DNA from: Chara braunii | Taxonomy: Eukaryota; Plantae; Charophyceae | DNA length: 64,000 nt | Assembly: GCA_003427395.1 (NCBI GenBank) | Contig: BFEA01000024.1 | Span: 1,379,400-1,443,399, forward strand | Direction: 5' to 3' | The notes under the pieces: generated by a model | Told to the model about the DNA's origin: nothing | Seen by the model: the letters and a program-made list of their open reading frames with translations, nothing else | The model's database searches: none | Shown here: piece by piece, positions 1-11,732 of the stretch | Position numbering within the stretch: position 1 is the stretch's first letter | Layout: the number at the start of each line of letters is the position of its first letter | Made by a program: the position numbers and the translations under genes

Positions 1-104
1 ATTGCCATATGAACTATCGTAAGAGCTGCATGCGGCGAGTTAGTGCCACACGCAAGTCCAGCGCAGCTTCGCTCGCGTCCACTTGCGACACCGGGGCCGG
101 CGGT

Positions 105-1295
105 TCATGCATGCCCAGATCGATCGGCCGGTCGTTCCCGTTCGCATCTCTCTCCATGAAACCGCTGGTCGAAGTCGATACCTGCCTCAATGAGCAGGTT
201 GTGGATGATGCAAACTGCGGTGAACTGCTGGGGCATGTTGTCCATGCTTGTTTTGTGGTGCCTGAGGAACAAACGCCACATGCCCTTCAGCCGCCCAAAC
301 GCTCTCTCAACGACGTTCCTTGCGGTCTTGTGGCACGTGTCAAAATACGCCTCGTCATCAGGCTGCACCACTCCGCCGTAAGGCACCACCAGCCATGGCA
401 AGGGACCATACCCATTGTCCCCCAGGACGTAGCCCGTCGTCCGCACCCCGCCAGGCAGGGTCACAGTCTCCGCCGTGAACAATGTGCCTGCCTCCGCACG
501 CCTGCAGAACGATGAGTTCCACCACCCTCGCGTCGTGCACACTGCCGGGATACCTGGCGAACACATCGATGACGCACATGTCCAAATCAACCACCACTTG
601 AGCCACGACCGAATATTGTGTTTTCGGTTATAGTAATTCTCCGACGGCGCATTGACAGGTTTATCGACGTACACATGGGTGCAATCCATGCAGCCATAGC
701 AATTGGGGAAGCCTTTCGCTGTGAACGCGCGCGTAACTTGGAGCAACCGCTGACCGGTTGGCATGCATATCTTGTCAGGGTACGCCGACAAGATGACATC
801 CCTCACAGCCTTGATCCCAGACGACCTCCCCATGCCGAAGGATGAGGTTGCACTGTCGAAGGTCTCACCAGACGCCCATCTGTAAAGAGCAAACACGACC
901 AGCTGCTCAGGAAGCAAAGGACTGCGGTAGTGGGTGAGCCGACATTGAAGAAAGGGTGCACACACAGCGACGATCTCGTGGAAGGCGCGTCTCGCCATCC
1001 TCAATTTTTCATGATAGTAGTCTTCAGTCGCATCATCGTCGATGATGAGATCCTGCTAGGTGCCCCCTGTCCTCCTCCCGACCCACCACCTTGGCGTGTC
1101 CCTTGGCAGCACTCCTGCGAAGATGGCATTAGCCATGAGGAATGGCGCATCCCAGACAATGGGAGACGACACTGAATCCGCCATCGCCTGCGTGACAGCG
1201 GCCTCCCTCGACCCGACTCTTCTGGCCGTCCGCTGTTGCAACCCATTCGTCGTTTGCATGTGCCTGGACACTGCCACCAAAGCTGCCACCACCAA
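105..1295 (-). pseudogene. PIF/Harbinger (HARBI1/DDE_Tnp_4-like) transposase, frameshifted
   Basis: Motifs GFPNCYGCMDCTHVYV, AQVVVDLD..IDVFARYPGSVHDARV (shifted frame), LGDNGY..LPWLVVPY and HKTARNVVERAFGRLKGMWR...CIIHN. The N-terminal PRWWV.RRTGGT lies in another frame. Confidence 0.92.
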
Positions 1296-2676
1296 TCACT
1301 TTTCCTGTTCCGTCAGCCCAGCGCGTTCGCTCTCCTCACCGCGGCCTGTGATAAGCTCAGATCCGTACCACGCGGCTTGTCGTATCCCTGAGGAAAAATC
1401 CCCCGGGAGCCCCGAAGTACGGATGCGAACAAAAAGGGGTTTATCTTTCTTTTTGCTTTTTGCTTTCTTTTTTGAAACGGCTTTTTTTTTTTTTTTTTTT
1501 TTTTGGCTAAATAACTCGCGCGCGGGCGAATAGCGGCCGCGGTATGAAAACCAAGAAACGGTTTCGGTTGGGAATTTTTGAATTTTTGCGCGCCCACGCC
1601 TAAGCTCCGATTTCTTCGCGCGTCTCTCACCCCTGTTTCTTGCTTTGCATCCCCGTGCCATCTTCCTCTCTTTCTGAGCGCGCTTCCCTCAAGCCGGACT
1701 CTTCGTCTTCCCCTACGCCCAGCTTGATCCTTACCCCATCTTCCTCCGTGAAGTGATTGGCTGCGTAGTTGGGATGCTCGGATCAATGTGGAGAGCGGGA
1801 AACCGCTCACCACTTGAACAAGCACCCCAATCACGTAGGACCATGCAACCCCGCGGGCCGAACCCTCTGCCTCCCCACCTTTCTTCTGCCCTGCCCATCT
1901 ACACCCTGCGCTGCCCGCACCTCGCGCTGACAACCCGCCGCCTCCCGCGCTATAAATTCGCGCAACCCTCTCCTCTCCTTCTCTTTGATCTCGACTGCAA
2001 TGCTGCGCGAGCTATGCACGAAAGTCCGCGGCGCCGAACAGGCTCGACGAGCCCAAGACGGGCGGAGTGACGACGTGGGGCGGACCCGCGGTAGTCTCGG
2101 GGCGAAGCAGTCGGAGGGACTGAGCAGTGGTGGGGATTGGACGCCGGCCGCGGCAGGGCCTTGTGGCTATGGTGGTCAGTGGTCTTGGGAGGTTTTGAAG
2201 GCTGCGCCTGGGGGTGGCAGTTAATTGAGAATTTTTGTGTACAAGAAGGACTCGCTTTTATCTCCACTGCTGCTTTGTCTATGCATGACGTGTGTGTGAG
2301 GCCCCGAGTGATGGGAGCTTGTTGCGCGCATGAGTGATGTCAAAGGTCTATGGATGATCGGATGTCCTGTCAAGGGTTGTTGATTGCATGCATGTATGTG
2401 TGTACGTACTTATCCGGGCGGGGACGTGGGGGACAGAACAGGAGGACCGTCTGCTTAGGAGTATGAGTGTGTTAATCCCGTTGTTCCCCTCCCTTCCGCG
2501 GCCCTTCCTGCGCGCACTCGCAGTCTCGTGTAACTCTCTCTCTCTCGCCTTTCTTTTTGAACTGGTAATCATCGCTTTTTTTGAACTTCTCATCCCTGCA
2601 CCGGTGACGTCAACCGCCAGCGTCCGGGCGCGCGCGGTTGACGCCCCCGCAAGGGAAAGAGAGCTTAGATTTCGCC

Positions 2677-3177
2677 ATGTTCTCCCGACGCACCAACTTT
2701 GAGAGAGAAGGGTTGCATCGAGTGTTGTATGGAGTCGGTATTGGTTCGGATGACCGGGAGCGCGGGATCTTGCCCGTGTTCATTGCGCACCTCCGATCGT
2801 CTCATCTCGCTACCGACCTTCCCCATTGCAGATGACGACAACGTCTACTGCGATGCGGACGTACGGCGCGCGTTGAGACGGACGGAGCAAGTGTGTTGGC
2901 GAGACCCGCCTCGGGCGTGTAATATAAGGGGGAACGGGTTTGTCTTGATTGATCGCTTAGATTCCCGAACTCTAATATTGCCTTATACGGGTTTGACTAT
3001 GTTGCCCTGGTCGGCCGCTCACGCCGTGTGGCGGCCGCAGTTTGATTGTCGCTGGTGTCGCCAGGGGGACTCGTGTTCTTGGCGACGCTTGGTCCTGGGT
3101 TACGAGGGAGCGACACGTTTCCCCGAGCTCTCCCGTAATGCGGGGCGCTACCCGCGCAATTTCGAATTCGGACATCG
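2677..3177 (+). CDS. Putative spliced gene of unknown function (exon 1 2677-2737, exon 2 2832-3177, 3' part unresolved)
   Basis: ATG at 2677. Intron GTATTG...pyrimidine tract-TGCAG (2738-2831) joins in phase into the open frame DDDNVYCDADVRR. A GTGAGT donor at 3178 overlaps the in-frame stop. TATAAA at 1951. Confidence 0.4.
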
Positions 3178-4511
3178 GTGAGTCCTCCCGCCGCTTCGCC
3201 CTCTCGGAAACTTCCGCGCGGACTTTGCGAGTCCGACGCCGAGGCTTGAAGGCCTCGAACCAACCACCTCTACAGCAAAAACCCGACGGTCCGGTCACTT
3301 CATGAGGCCGATGACGAGGCCTGAAGGCTTCGAACCCACCACCTATCCCTCAAACCCATGACGGCCGGAGTTTCTGTCTTCCGCCGCCATGGCCCTCTCC
3401 CCTTGATGCCGTTTCCCGTCCTGATGCACGACGGCAGTTCGTTTTTGCGGAAACCCTTTTGATTTTATCGCTCCGAAGTGATCCGACCCCCGCGGGACTT
3501 CGCGACGACAGTTCGATTCCGGGGTAACCGCTGGCATGAAACGAGAGCCTCCCGTTCCGTCCGGGAGACTCAACCCCTGCGACCAAAAATCCTCGGCCAC
3601 GCCCCTCCTAGAACTCTGATCGGCGACCCAGTACGGGAAGCCGCGAGGGGGCGTGAGGTTGCGTATCACAGGCCTGCTATGGTGTCAACCTCCATCTCGG
3701 AGTCCCCCGTCAACCTCCGTGTCCAACCCTCTGTTGCTGCTGCCGGCGATGATACAGCCCAAACTCTGGAGCACCTGCCGCTTGCACATACACGATCGAC
3801 CGAAGACGGCGATGTTTCGACGCTCGAATGCGTGGCTATTATTGCCGCCTTCAGCAGGATACCTCGTCATCATTTTCGAATTTTCAAAAACGGCGCGGTC
3901 GCTTCCCTCAGACGACGGTACCAGCAGCGTCCCCTTGGGCCCGTGGGCCTGCCTGAAAACAGCCATCTTTTCGTCCGGGAGTCGCAGGACTGGATTTCAC
4001 GCCCCACACCATCTCACCGTGAAACGGGGGCCCAGGCTGTTTTCGTCTCAAGTGTGCTGATTTCAAGGGTGGCCTCTAGTGCACATGGAACGAAGAATCG
4101 TTGCAGTGTAAATTAATCACAATTTTGTGATAAGGGCGCCCTTGAAACTCAAGAATTCTCTAGTGGTGTGAACGAGGCTCAAAGTCAATTGGGATAGGTA
4201 GGTGCTGCTCCTCCCTAAGTATCAACCAGAACTGCAAGGGTGGGGTCTTCAGATTGCCCGGGTAGACGTACCCGACCGTTTGCTGGGGTAATATGTCTCG
4301 TTTGCAGAGCAATCAGCATTGCATCCGCACTCTTTCGCTACCAGTGTTTTTCATGCTTTTTTTTTTTGCCCAACCAATTCAATTACCTGTCGAATCCGGA
4401 CAGGATGGCCTTTCAGGTCTTTTTTATTGTCATTATAGTATTAAGGGCAACCCTTAGCAGCCACATCCGTGCTTTTCGTGCTACCAACGAGCCCAGCTCA
4501 GTTGGTAAGCC

Positions 4512-4805
4512 GGTGGCAGAGGGATCGAGCATCATCCTTTTCAGCCCAGGGTGGCCTTCATTGCCTTCAGGGAACCCCCAACGGGGGACACCGGCCAGGG
4601 GACAGCTGGTGGCAGAGGGACCCCAGGGTGGCCTTGATTGCCTTCAGGGAACCCCCAACGGGGCACACCGGCCAGGGGACAGCCGGTGGCAGAGGGACCG
4701 AGCATCATCCTTTTCAGCCCAGGGTGGCCTTGATTGCCTTCAGGGAACCCCCAACGGGGGACACCGGGCAGGGGACAGCTGGTGGCAGAGGGACCGGGCA
4801 TCATC
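4512..4805 (+). repeat. GC-rich minisatellite, ~75-97 bp unit, ~3.5 copies
   Basis: GGTGGCAGAGGGA...CCCAGGGTGGCCTTGATTGCCTTCAGGGAACCCCCAACGGGG...CCAGGGGACAGC repeated in tandem. Confidence 0.9.
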
Positions 4806-4934
4806 TGAGTGGCCAGTCGCTGTGCCTCCCCGATTACCCCTCCCCCTATGAACATCAGCAGAGACTGCTTTTTAATGCCAATTGGGGGGACCAACGTGCT
4901 ATCTCTAGGTGGCGGGCGCCAAGCATGCCCGATA

Positions 4935-5006
4935 TGAGGCCAATGGAGATGGAACCCAAGACCTCCTGAATGCCACTTGCGTGCCTTACCAACTGAGCTA
5001 GGCCGC
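4935..5006 (-). pseudogene. tRNA-derived (tRNA-Ala GGC-like) SINE-type head
   Basis: GCGGCCTAGCTCAGTTGGTAAGGCACGCAAGTGGCATTCAGGAGGTCTTGGGTTCCATCTCCATTGGCCTCA has an A-box, a B-box-like T-loop and a degenerate anticodon stem. A second copy is at 63446-63517. Confidence 0.75.
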
Positions 5007-6140
5007 TGGATTACCTGCGCCAGTCAGTTCAAAGTTGATATCTCAAGGCTGTCGCCCTTCTTTTTTTTCTTTCAAAAATGAGTAAACAAAAAGGGGGTAA
5101 AGGGTAAAGCGAGTGTTTTCCAACATGCTCCACTCAATCTAAAATTCCCCACCTAGTCTAGAAGCTATACAAAAGGCAGATCTTGACCTAAGCTAAGAGC
5201 TGTACAATGTGCCTAAAATAACTACTCTACATTGGGACCCCTTTTCGCCAGGCCTCTGGGGCCTCGTCCCACTAGCATCGAGTAAATCGGTGTGTGGCGT
5301 TCTTTTCTCATTTAAAAACGCATAAACAATGTTTTTTATCATTTACACGAATGCAAAGAAAAGGACCCAAAAAATGAAAAATTACAGGGCCTGACATCGA
5401 CATCATGACAGAACTTCAGTGCATCCACACTTCCACCAACCCGGTACATCTGCATGCGACCTTCCCGCCGGCCTGTTCGCAGTCTTCCACGGAAATCTCA
5501 ACATTCTCAATTTCTGCAAAAAACAAAAAGCAAGGCGCGAAGCTGCAAAAACGCTTCCCCCCTTGAGAAACTCCAATATTGCAGCTTCGCGCCAACGCAA
5601 AGTGGCTAGCTAAATGGACTAAAAAATGAAAACGAAACTCTTCCATTGGCCAGCGGACAGGTACCTCCACGAAATCGGTCCTTATCGCCCTGCGCCGAAG
5701 ATACACAAAAGGATCAACGGTCGCCGGATGTCACCGCTCGACGCACGTCGTTGAAAACCAAACTGCTGAAGCATAAATCGATGCTAGTGGGTCCAGGCCC
5801 CTGGTCCTCAATAATGCCATTTTTGGGAACCCCCGTGACAAAACGTTTGTACTCGTTGGCCCCAGACCGTGGCAAAAGGTCCATCACCCCCCCAACAGTC
5901 GGTGGCAAAAGTTGCAGATCTCCCCCACACCTCAAGCCTTTTGAGGGCTAGGGCGCTTGGCGGGCCAATATATGCATGCAATTTCACCACTATCCAAGCC
6001 GGTGGCATGGCAGGTAAAGGACCTCGCACTGGCCTCTTTGTGGAAACAGAAGACTGTGCCACTGCCAGGAAGAATTGAAGTATAATAACATTTTTTTGGC
6101 TCACCGGCAGAAGGGAAGAGCCTGGTAGAGCACACCACGG

Positions 6141-7392
6141 CAGAGATGAGCATTTTTTTTTTGAATTGGCACTTCACCCAACCCGCCCACATTTTTTTAA
6201 GTACAGTCCGCCCTCGAAAATAAATAAATAAATAAATCTCATTGTGACCCAACCCACCCAAGTGTTTTTTTGAAATTTTCCTCCCACACCCAACCCGCCC
6301 GTCACCCGTAAAAGACCTTCACCCTGACCCACCCAAACCCGCGAGAACAAAATTACCCGCCCGCACCCGGTACCTTATTATTTTCAACCCGCACTCGCCC
6401 ATTCCCCATTGCCTCATTCCCTTCAAACATTTACATGCACCACAACACATCCTTGGATGATGGCGCAAAAATTTGGAGCAGTTCCACTTTCGGCTGTCTT
6501 TGGATGACGGCGCGGAAATTTGAAACGCTCCACAAGTTTGATTTTGAGGAGGGAACCTTGCGACTTGCTGTGGTTAGGTTCAATCCCCGTTGTTTTAATG
6601 GGAGCGAACCTACCAGAGTGGCCCGGGACCACTTGACCGGCCGGGCAAAAAATAATAAAAAAAATAGTAATAATATTTTTCAATTTTTTCTTGTTTTTAA
6701 ATCTTGTAAACAATTTCGATGTGACCCTGAGGCAAACGTTGTTTTGTTTATTTTTCTGCACATTATTTTTTTTTTTGGGATTTTTTGGATGTTTGTTTTT
6801 TTTTGTTTGCTGGGACCTTCCCCTTGTCCTTGCATGGCCGGACCGTCCGGGAAAACAGGGTGACCCGGGCGGCCCGGCTAGTAGCCTAGGAGCGAACATC
6901 CCGTTGTTTGGGCCATGGTCCAGCTACCACCGGTAGAGAGTGACATTTTTTTTCAAGGAGGATCCAAAGTTCGATTTGCCATTGGCGCGACTCTTTTTTT
7001 TTCGAGGACGACAACTTCTTTTTCCAGGGGGCCAGGGTGGAGACTTTCGGTTTCCTGGGCCTCCAACTTTTGAAGTCCAGAGGTGGACCGCAGATGGGAA
7101 ATATGTATGAGGGGGGTGGGGGCAGGGGGGTAGGCCCGGGGGGAGGGTTCTTGTGGGTTGTCTTGGGTCTGTGGGTCGGGTGACCCAGGCCTAGCATTCA
7201 CCCACTTGTCACCCACCCATTCGGGTGACCCAAGCCTAACATTGACCCACCCGTCACCCACCCAGGCTGGCTCACCTAGACCCACCCTCATCCCACCCAT
7301 GCCAGCTTATCGAGACCCACACCTGACCCAATGCCTCGTGGGTGGGGTGGGTGCGGGTGGGTGTGGGTTTGGGTACCCGTTGCTCATCTCTG
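6141..7392. mobile_element. Non-autonomous hAT DNA transposon
   Basis: Perfect 12-bp TIR CAGAGATGAGCA (6141-6152 / 7381-7392). Perfect 8-bp TSD CACCACGG (6133-6140 / 7393-7400). ACCC-rich subterminal repeats at both ends. Confidence 0.95.
6610..6889. mobile_element. 280-bp insertion nested in the hAT element; shares a terminus with the element at 63330
   Basis: Flanked by GAGCGAAC at 6602-6609 and 6890-6897. Reverse complement of the right end (CTAGGCTACTAGCCGGGCCGCCCGGG...GCAAGGAC.AGGGGAAGGTCCCA) matches 63330-63397. Confidence 0.65.
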
Positions 7393-7499
7393 CACCACGG
7401 CTCTCGCGACGCATAGGACTTGGATACATGGAGCAAAGCTATATGGAACAAAGGTTATTCCCTCTATGAAAGCAAAGGTTATATGTACAATTACAATAG

Positions 7500-8090
7500 C
7501 CGAAGGTGGCATGGAGCAAAGCTATACAGAAGCAGCGTGAAGGCAGACTTGGTCTCCTTTCTCCGTTGCTGCAAACACAACCACTGGTCACTAAGTGGCC
7601 GATCCGCTATATGTTAGCGCCGCAGCGGGCCATTTGGCCACGATTGGCCAACTGGCTGTTAGCAGAAGAATTTGCCCTGTCCCGACCACAAGCGGTGCAC
7701 AGCTTGCACTCTTAACACCTCTCTTCTGCCGAAAGAGGATACAACCGGAATTGTGGAAAGACATCATACAAGAGTGGCAGAAAATTTTGCCTGGCAGGCC
7801 TCTGGTGTTCTCCTATGATAGACTGTTAGCTCAACCCAGCTTTGATAACCTGTACATTTGAGCTGAGGATGGTACACCGTTTCGTTCTCAGGAACGGGAT
7901 CTTCCCGAGAAGCGTGGTTCTCTCAAGGAATCGTCACCCTGGTGGACCTTGGGACTTTCAGACCTGCGACTGGAAATCCGTGGAGCAACTGCGAGGCCCT
8001 CCGTGCGGCTTCCGAAATTTGCAGCTAAATCTGCATTTGGTCTTGCAGTTTATACCTGTCCAGTGGAAAGACTGCATTTTTCGTAGGCAG
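7500..8090 (+). pseudogene. L1-type LINE ORF2 fragment (post-RT region)
   Basis: VAWSKAIQKQREGRLGL resembles the W..I...K.EGGLG motif. Followed by KWPIRY...WPRL and LWKDIIQEWQK...QPSFDN in broken frames. Confidence 0.65.
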
Positions 8091-8628
8091 GTAGAGCCGT
8101 ACAGGGGGTCTCCGTACATCGAATGTAGTGTCATATCTAGATGTAAATAACACTAACATCTACATGTGAAAATAACACTACATCGGATGACAATAACACT
8201 ACGTCGTACGGGGCGTCTCCGTACGGACCGTGCATACGGACGTACAAAAGGCCGTACGGGCATACCAACGGTCACCGTCCGAACGTGCCAGGGCCCGGTG
8301 GGGGGGTGGCGGGGGGTTTATAAACCCCAGCGATGGTAGGGGGGGTCTCAAGGGGCCCCGTAGTTTTTTTTTTTTTAATTTTAAGAAAAAAAATTGCCGT
8401 TAAAAAAAAAGAAAAAACAAATGCAAAATCGAATGAATCTACCGCTAGAACATGGAAATATAAACTGCCACACTTGTTTTTGTTTGTGCGTGTGTGTGCG
8501 TGTGTGTGTGTGTGTGTGCGTGTGTGTGTGCTTGTGTGTGTATTCGCCGGGGGGAGGCCACCCCCCCACTGCATACCAATCAATCAATCAAAAGAAAAAA
8601 AGAAAAAAAGAAAAAGGTCGTGCGCGTT

Positions 8629-8717
<89 letters not shown>

Positions 8718-8880
8718 CCGNNNNNNNNNNNNNNNNNNNNNNNNNNNNNNNNNNNNNNNNNNNNNNNNNNNNNNNNNNNNNNNNNNNNNNNNNNNNNNNN
8801 NNNNNNNNNNNNNNNNNNNNNNNNNNNNNNNNNNNNNNNNNNNNNNNNNNNNNNNNNNNNNNNNNNNNNNNNNNNNNNNN

Positions 8881-8950
<70 letters not shown>

Positions 8951-9053
8951 TTGCGGGGGCGGCGAGGCCCCCACAGCATATCAATCAATCAATCAACCTA
9001 TCATTCTTTTGTATGGATTTTTTTTTCTTTTTTTTATTATATATTTTACGATC

Positions 9054-10318
9054 TGTGATGCCCCGGCCACACACGGCTGATTTCTGAGTTTTGCTCATAG
9101 ACTGGATGCCTTGCTGAGTTTCCCGCTTGCTACTAAGTTCTGTGTGCACGCTTGCTGGACTGCATGTCTGTCTGAGTGCTGGTTGGCTTGAGTGTGTGTG
9201 TCGCCCGCAAGGGCACTTGTTCGTTCGTTGGGGCCTCAGGGCCGGTACTTACCGTGGCCGTGGCATTGAGGATTGCAGCGGGGGAAAAACACTCAAGTGG
9301 CGGGGTAAGAGGCCCACAGCACTTGAAGCAGCGGGGAAACACTCAAATAGCAGGTAGGCCGGTACCACACCCTGAAGCGGTAGACGTGCCGGGTACTGGA
9401 GGCCGAGCAGAAGAAGACAAAAGTGGCATTTTTAGAGGCCCAGTAGTTGTAGGCTAGGTCTAGGCGGGTACCAGTCTGAGTCTAAGGCCTGTACGGGCAA
9501 TATCAGAGTCTGCAATGATGTTTCCCTCCGAAAGGGAGGAGGTACCGGTTGCTTGGGAAGGCCGAGCAGCCTGGAAGTCACCGCCCAAGAGGCAAGCAGG
9601 CCGCTATATCTCCAGGCTGGGTGAAGAGCCCAGCCTCATTGTCGGTGTGCAAGTTGGCGACACACTGGCTGGAGCGCTGGCTGGAGCAGCACTAGCTTGG
9701 AGCAGCGCTGCTGGGGAAGAAGCAAGGACTCGGAGGAGGAAGAAGGACGGGAAGGGGGAGGAGCGCCAGAGGTACTTACCTGGCTATGGTGGCAGCCATC
9801 TTCATCACCTTGGTGGGCGCTGCAGCAGGAAGGCCCCGGCTGGGGTTGAGGTACACCAAGAAGCTTCGAGGCAGAGTCAGGCATGGCGGCCTGAGCTAGA
9901 GCAGCCATAGCTGCTTTGGGTTGTCCTTTGGGCATCTGGGCAAGGCCTAGTAGTCCGCCATAGCCTCGACCTATGAGAGTGAAGCGTGGGAGAGGCGGCC
10001 ATGACTATGGTGGACCTCAATTGATACCTGCAGTAGAAGAGGGATTCGAACTTTGATTCTGGTTCAGCTATTCAACATTGTATTATTATTTCTTGTTTGA
10101 ATAAGAGAGGAGGAGATAAGGAGGAAGAGAGGGTTGAGCGAAGAAGAAGAGCTTTTTCATTTGTCTATGCTGGTGTACATCATCTTATTCTTCTTTCTTA
10201 CTTCTTCTTCTTCTTCTAACCTTCTCTCTCCTCTCAAGTTCATTCATTTCTTTCTGCAATTGGACGGCATTGTACTATCTGATGAATGTGTATCTCGAAA
10301 TTGGCCAGGATCATAACA
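9054..10318 (+). repeat. 5' LTR of Gypsy A (1265 bp)
   Basis: TGTGATG...GGATCATAACA, colinear with 17187-18774. Confidence 0.95.
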
Positions 10319-10319
10319 T

Positions 10320-10331
10320 TGGTATCAGAGC
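10320..10331 (+). promoter_or_regulatory. Primer-binding site (tRNA-iMet) of Gypsy A
   Basis: TGGTATCAGAGC one base after the LTR end. Confidence 0.95.
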
Positions 10332-11732
10332 GGATTCTACGTGCTGGTGAGAATTGACTTTGTTGCCCTAACCCTAACCTAAGGGTTGAGGGCAACACTT
10401 AGGGTTAGGGTTGGATGTAAGGGAAGTGGGGCAGCGTGGCTGAGGGAAGCTGCCCCCACCTGGTTAGGTCATGTGGGGTCGACATTGAACCTAACCGGGT
10501 TGTTTGCGAGTGAGGTTAGGGTGGCGAGACATTTCGTGGAGACTTCATGCGACAACTTGAGAGAGGCGACAGTGAGAGGCACTCGCACCCGGAATCTGAT
10601 TCAAGGGAAACACTTGGCAACTTAAGGGCTTCCCTCAAGTAGGCGAACTTGAGGGTCAACGGCCATTCAGCATCTACGGACTGCAAAATGCTACTTTGTT
10701 CTCCAGCATCGGCGGGGGACCCGACGTTGCACTTTGGTGTTGGAGTCAGACCCTCCTAGGAGATAGGACACTACTGTAGGGGTAGCGTTAAAGGGGTCAG
10801 GAGGATCATATGAGAGGGGAGTGAGTTCTGTTCATCTCGAAGCTCAGGCCACTCGGGAAGTGTCGTGCACCTACGGGATGCCCATGTATGTGTGCATGGT
10901 ATTGATTGTCCTGCTGGGGTTATTCTGGGTTTCTTTCCTACTCCTCTGTGGTCTTGATTGTGTGATTGAATGTGTGTGAACTACCTACTCACCTGATGGA
11001 TGGAGAAATGAAGTATCTTGATTTGAATGCCGATTCCTTCTACAGTGCTTTGTCTTTTCATCTTTGAACGACTGTAGTCTGTAGGTTCTTCCGAAAGTTG
11101 AAATTCGTTTTCAAGATGGTAGAGGCAGAAACTTAGTCCAAGTGAGACTCCTCTTGGTTGGGACTCGGTCACAACCTACGTGGGACCTTTGGGGGCCTAG
11201 TGGGACCGGGCCCAAACAAGAAGAGCCCTTGGACCCGAATCTGTTAGACATTAGTCCATTCTCTTCCTGACTTAGATCTGGAGTTTATTCTTGTTGGTTT
11301 GGACACCCACTGCTGAGGGGATCTCGACTGAGACGTTTCGCATGCTTTTGATCGCACCGTCCGTGGCTTGACTCGCACCCTATACACCACTCAATTCTCC
11401 ATTGTTGCATTTAGTCACTTGCTGTCTGATTTGCTGAACGGTCACGGAGCTGGTCAGACTGGACTCGAGAGGACCTCGTATGCAGTCTGATTAGACTGAG
11501 TCGCTGGATCAGACCTCTCCTGAGAATTTGTTTTTCTTTTTGTGGTTTGTTGCTCTCTAGTCCAAATGTAATGCCACTCCGGCTAGGAGTTCTACCTTAT
11601 CTTCTTTGAGCTTTTCAGTCTGTTTCTTTTCCTGAGTTCATATTTTGATGCCCGCAGAGACTCACAGACAAAAGGAAGAGAGAGAGAGAGAGAGAAGAAA
11701 GTGAAAGCTCTCATCTTGAGGGACTTACGAAA

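Larger units (their letters stand above)
4160..5275. mobile_element. Foldback-like element with long degenerate inverted arms, CTAG termini and inward-facing tRNA A-boxes
   Basis: Arms share CTAGTGG..ACGAGGC, GGTGGGG..TT.AGATTG, AAGGGC.A..CCTT and a perfect 15-bp inverted AGCTCAGTTGGTAAG (4495-4509 vs 4985-4999). No TSD seen. Confidence 0.5.

Noticed and set aside
4512-4805. CRISPR-like array
   Set aside because: Contiguous tandem units with no unique spacers, no cas genes, and a eukaryotic context.
5403-6132. Multi-exon gene on the minus strand
   Set aside because: Splice-like signals exist (near 5515, 6063 and 6104), but I could not build a coherent frame or recognise a domain.
6860-6889. 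Canonical Helitron 3' end
   Set aside because: CTAG is not followed by T in either copy, no 5' TC partner was found, and there is an apparent TSD; kept as unclassified.
8333-9087. Long CV/TH-repeat ORFs (also near 30500, 37200-38300, 49300-49900, 54600 and 57600)
   Set aside because: Artefacts of (GT)n/(CA)n tracts and N-gaps.
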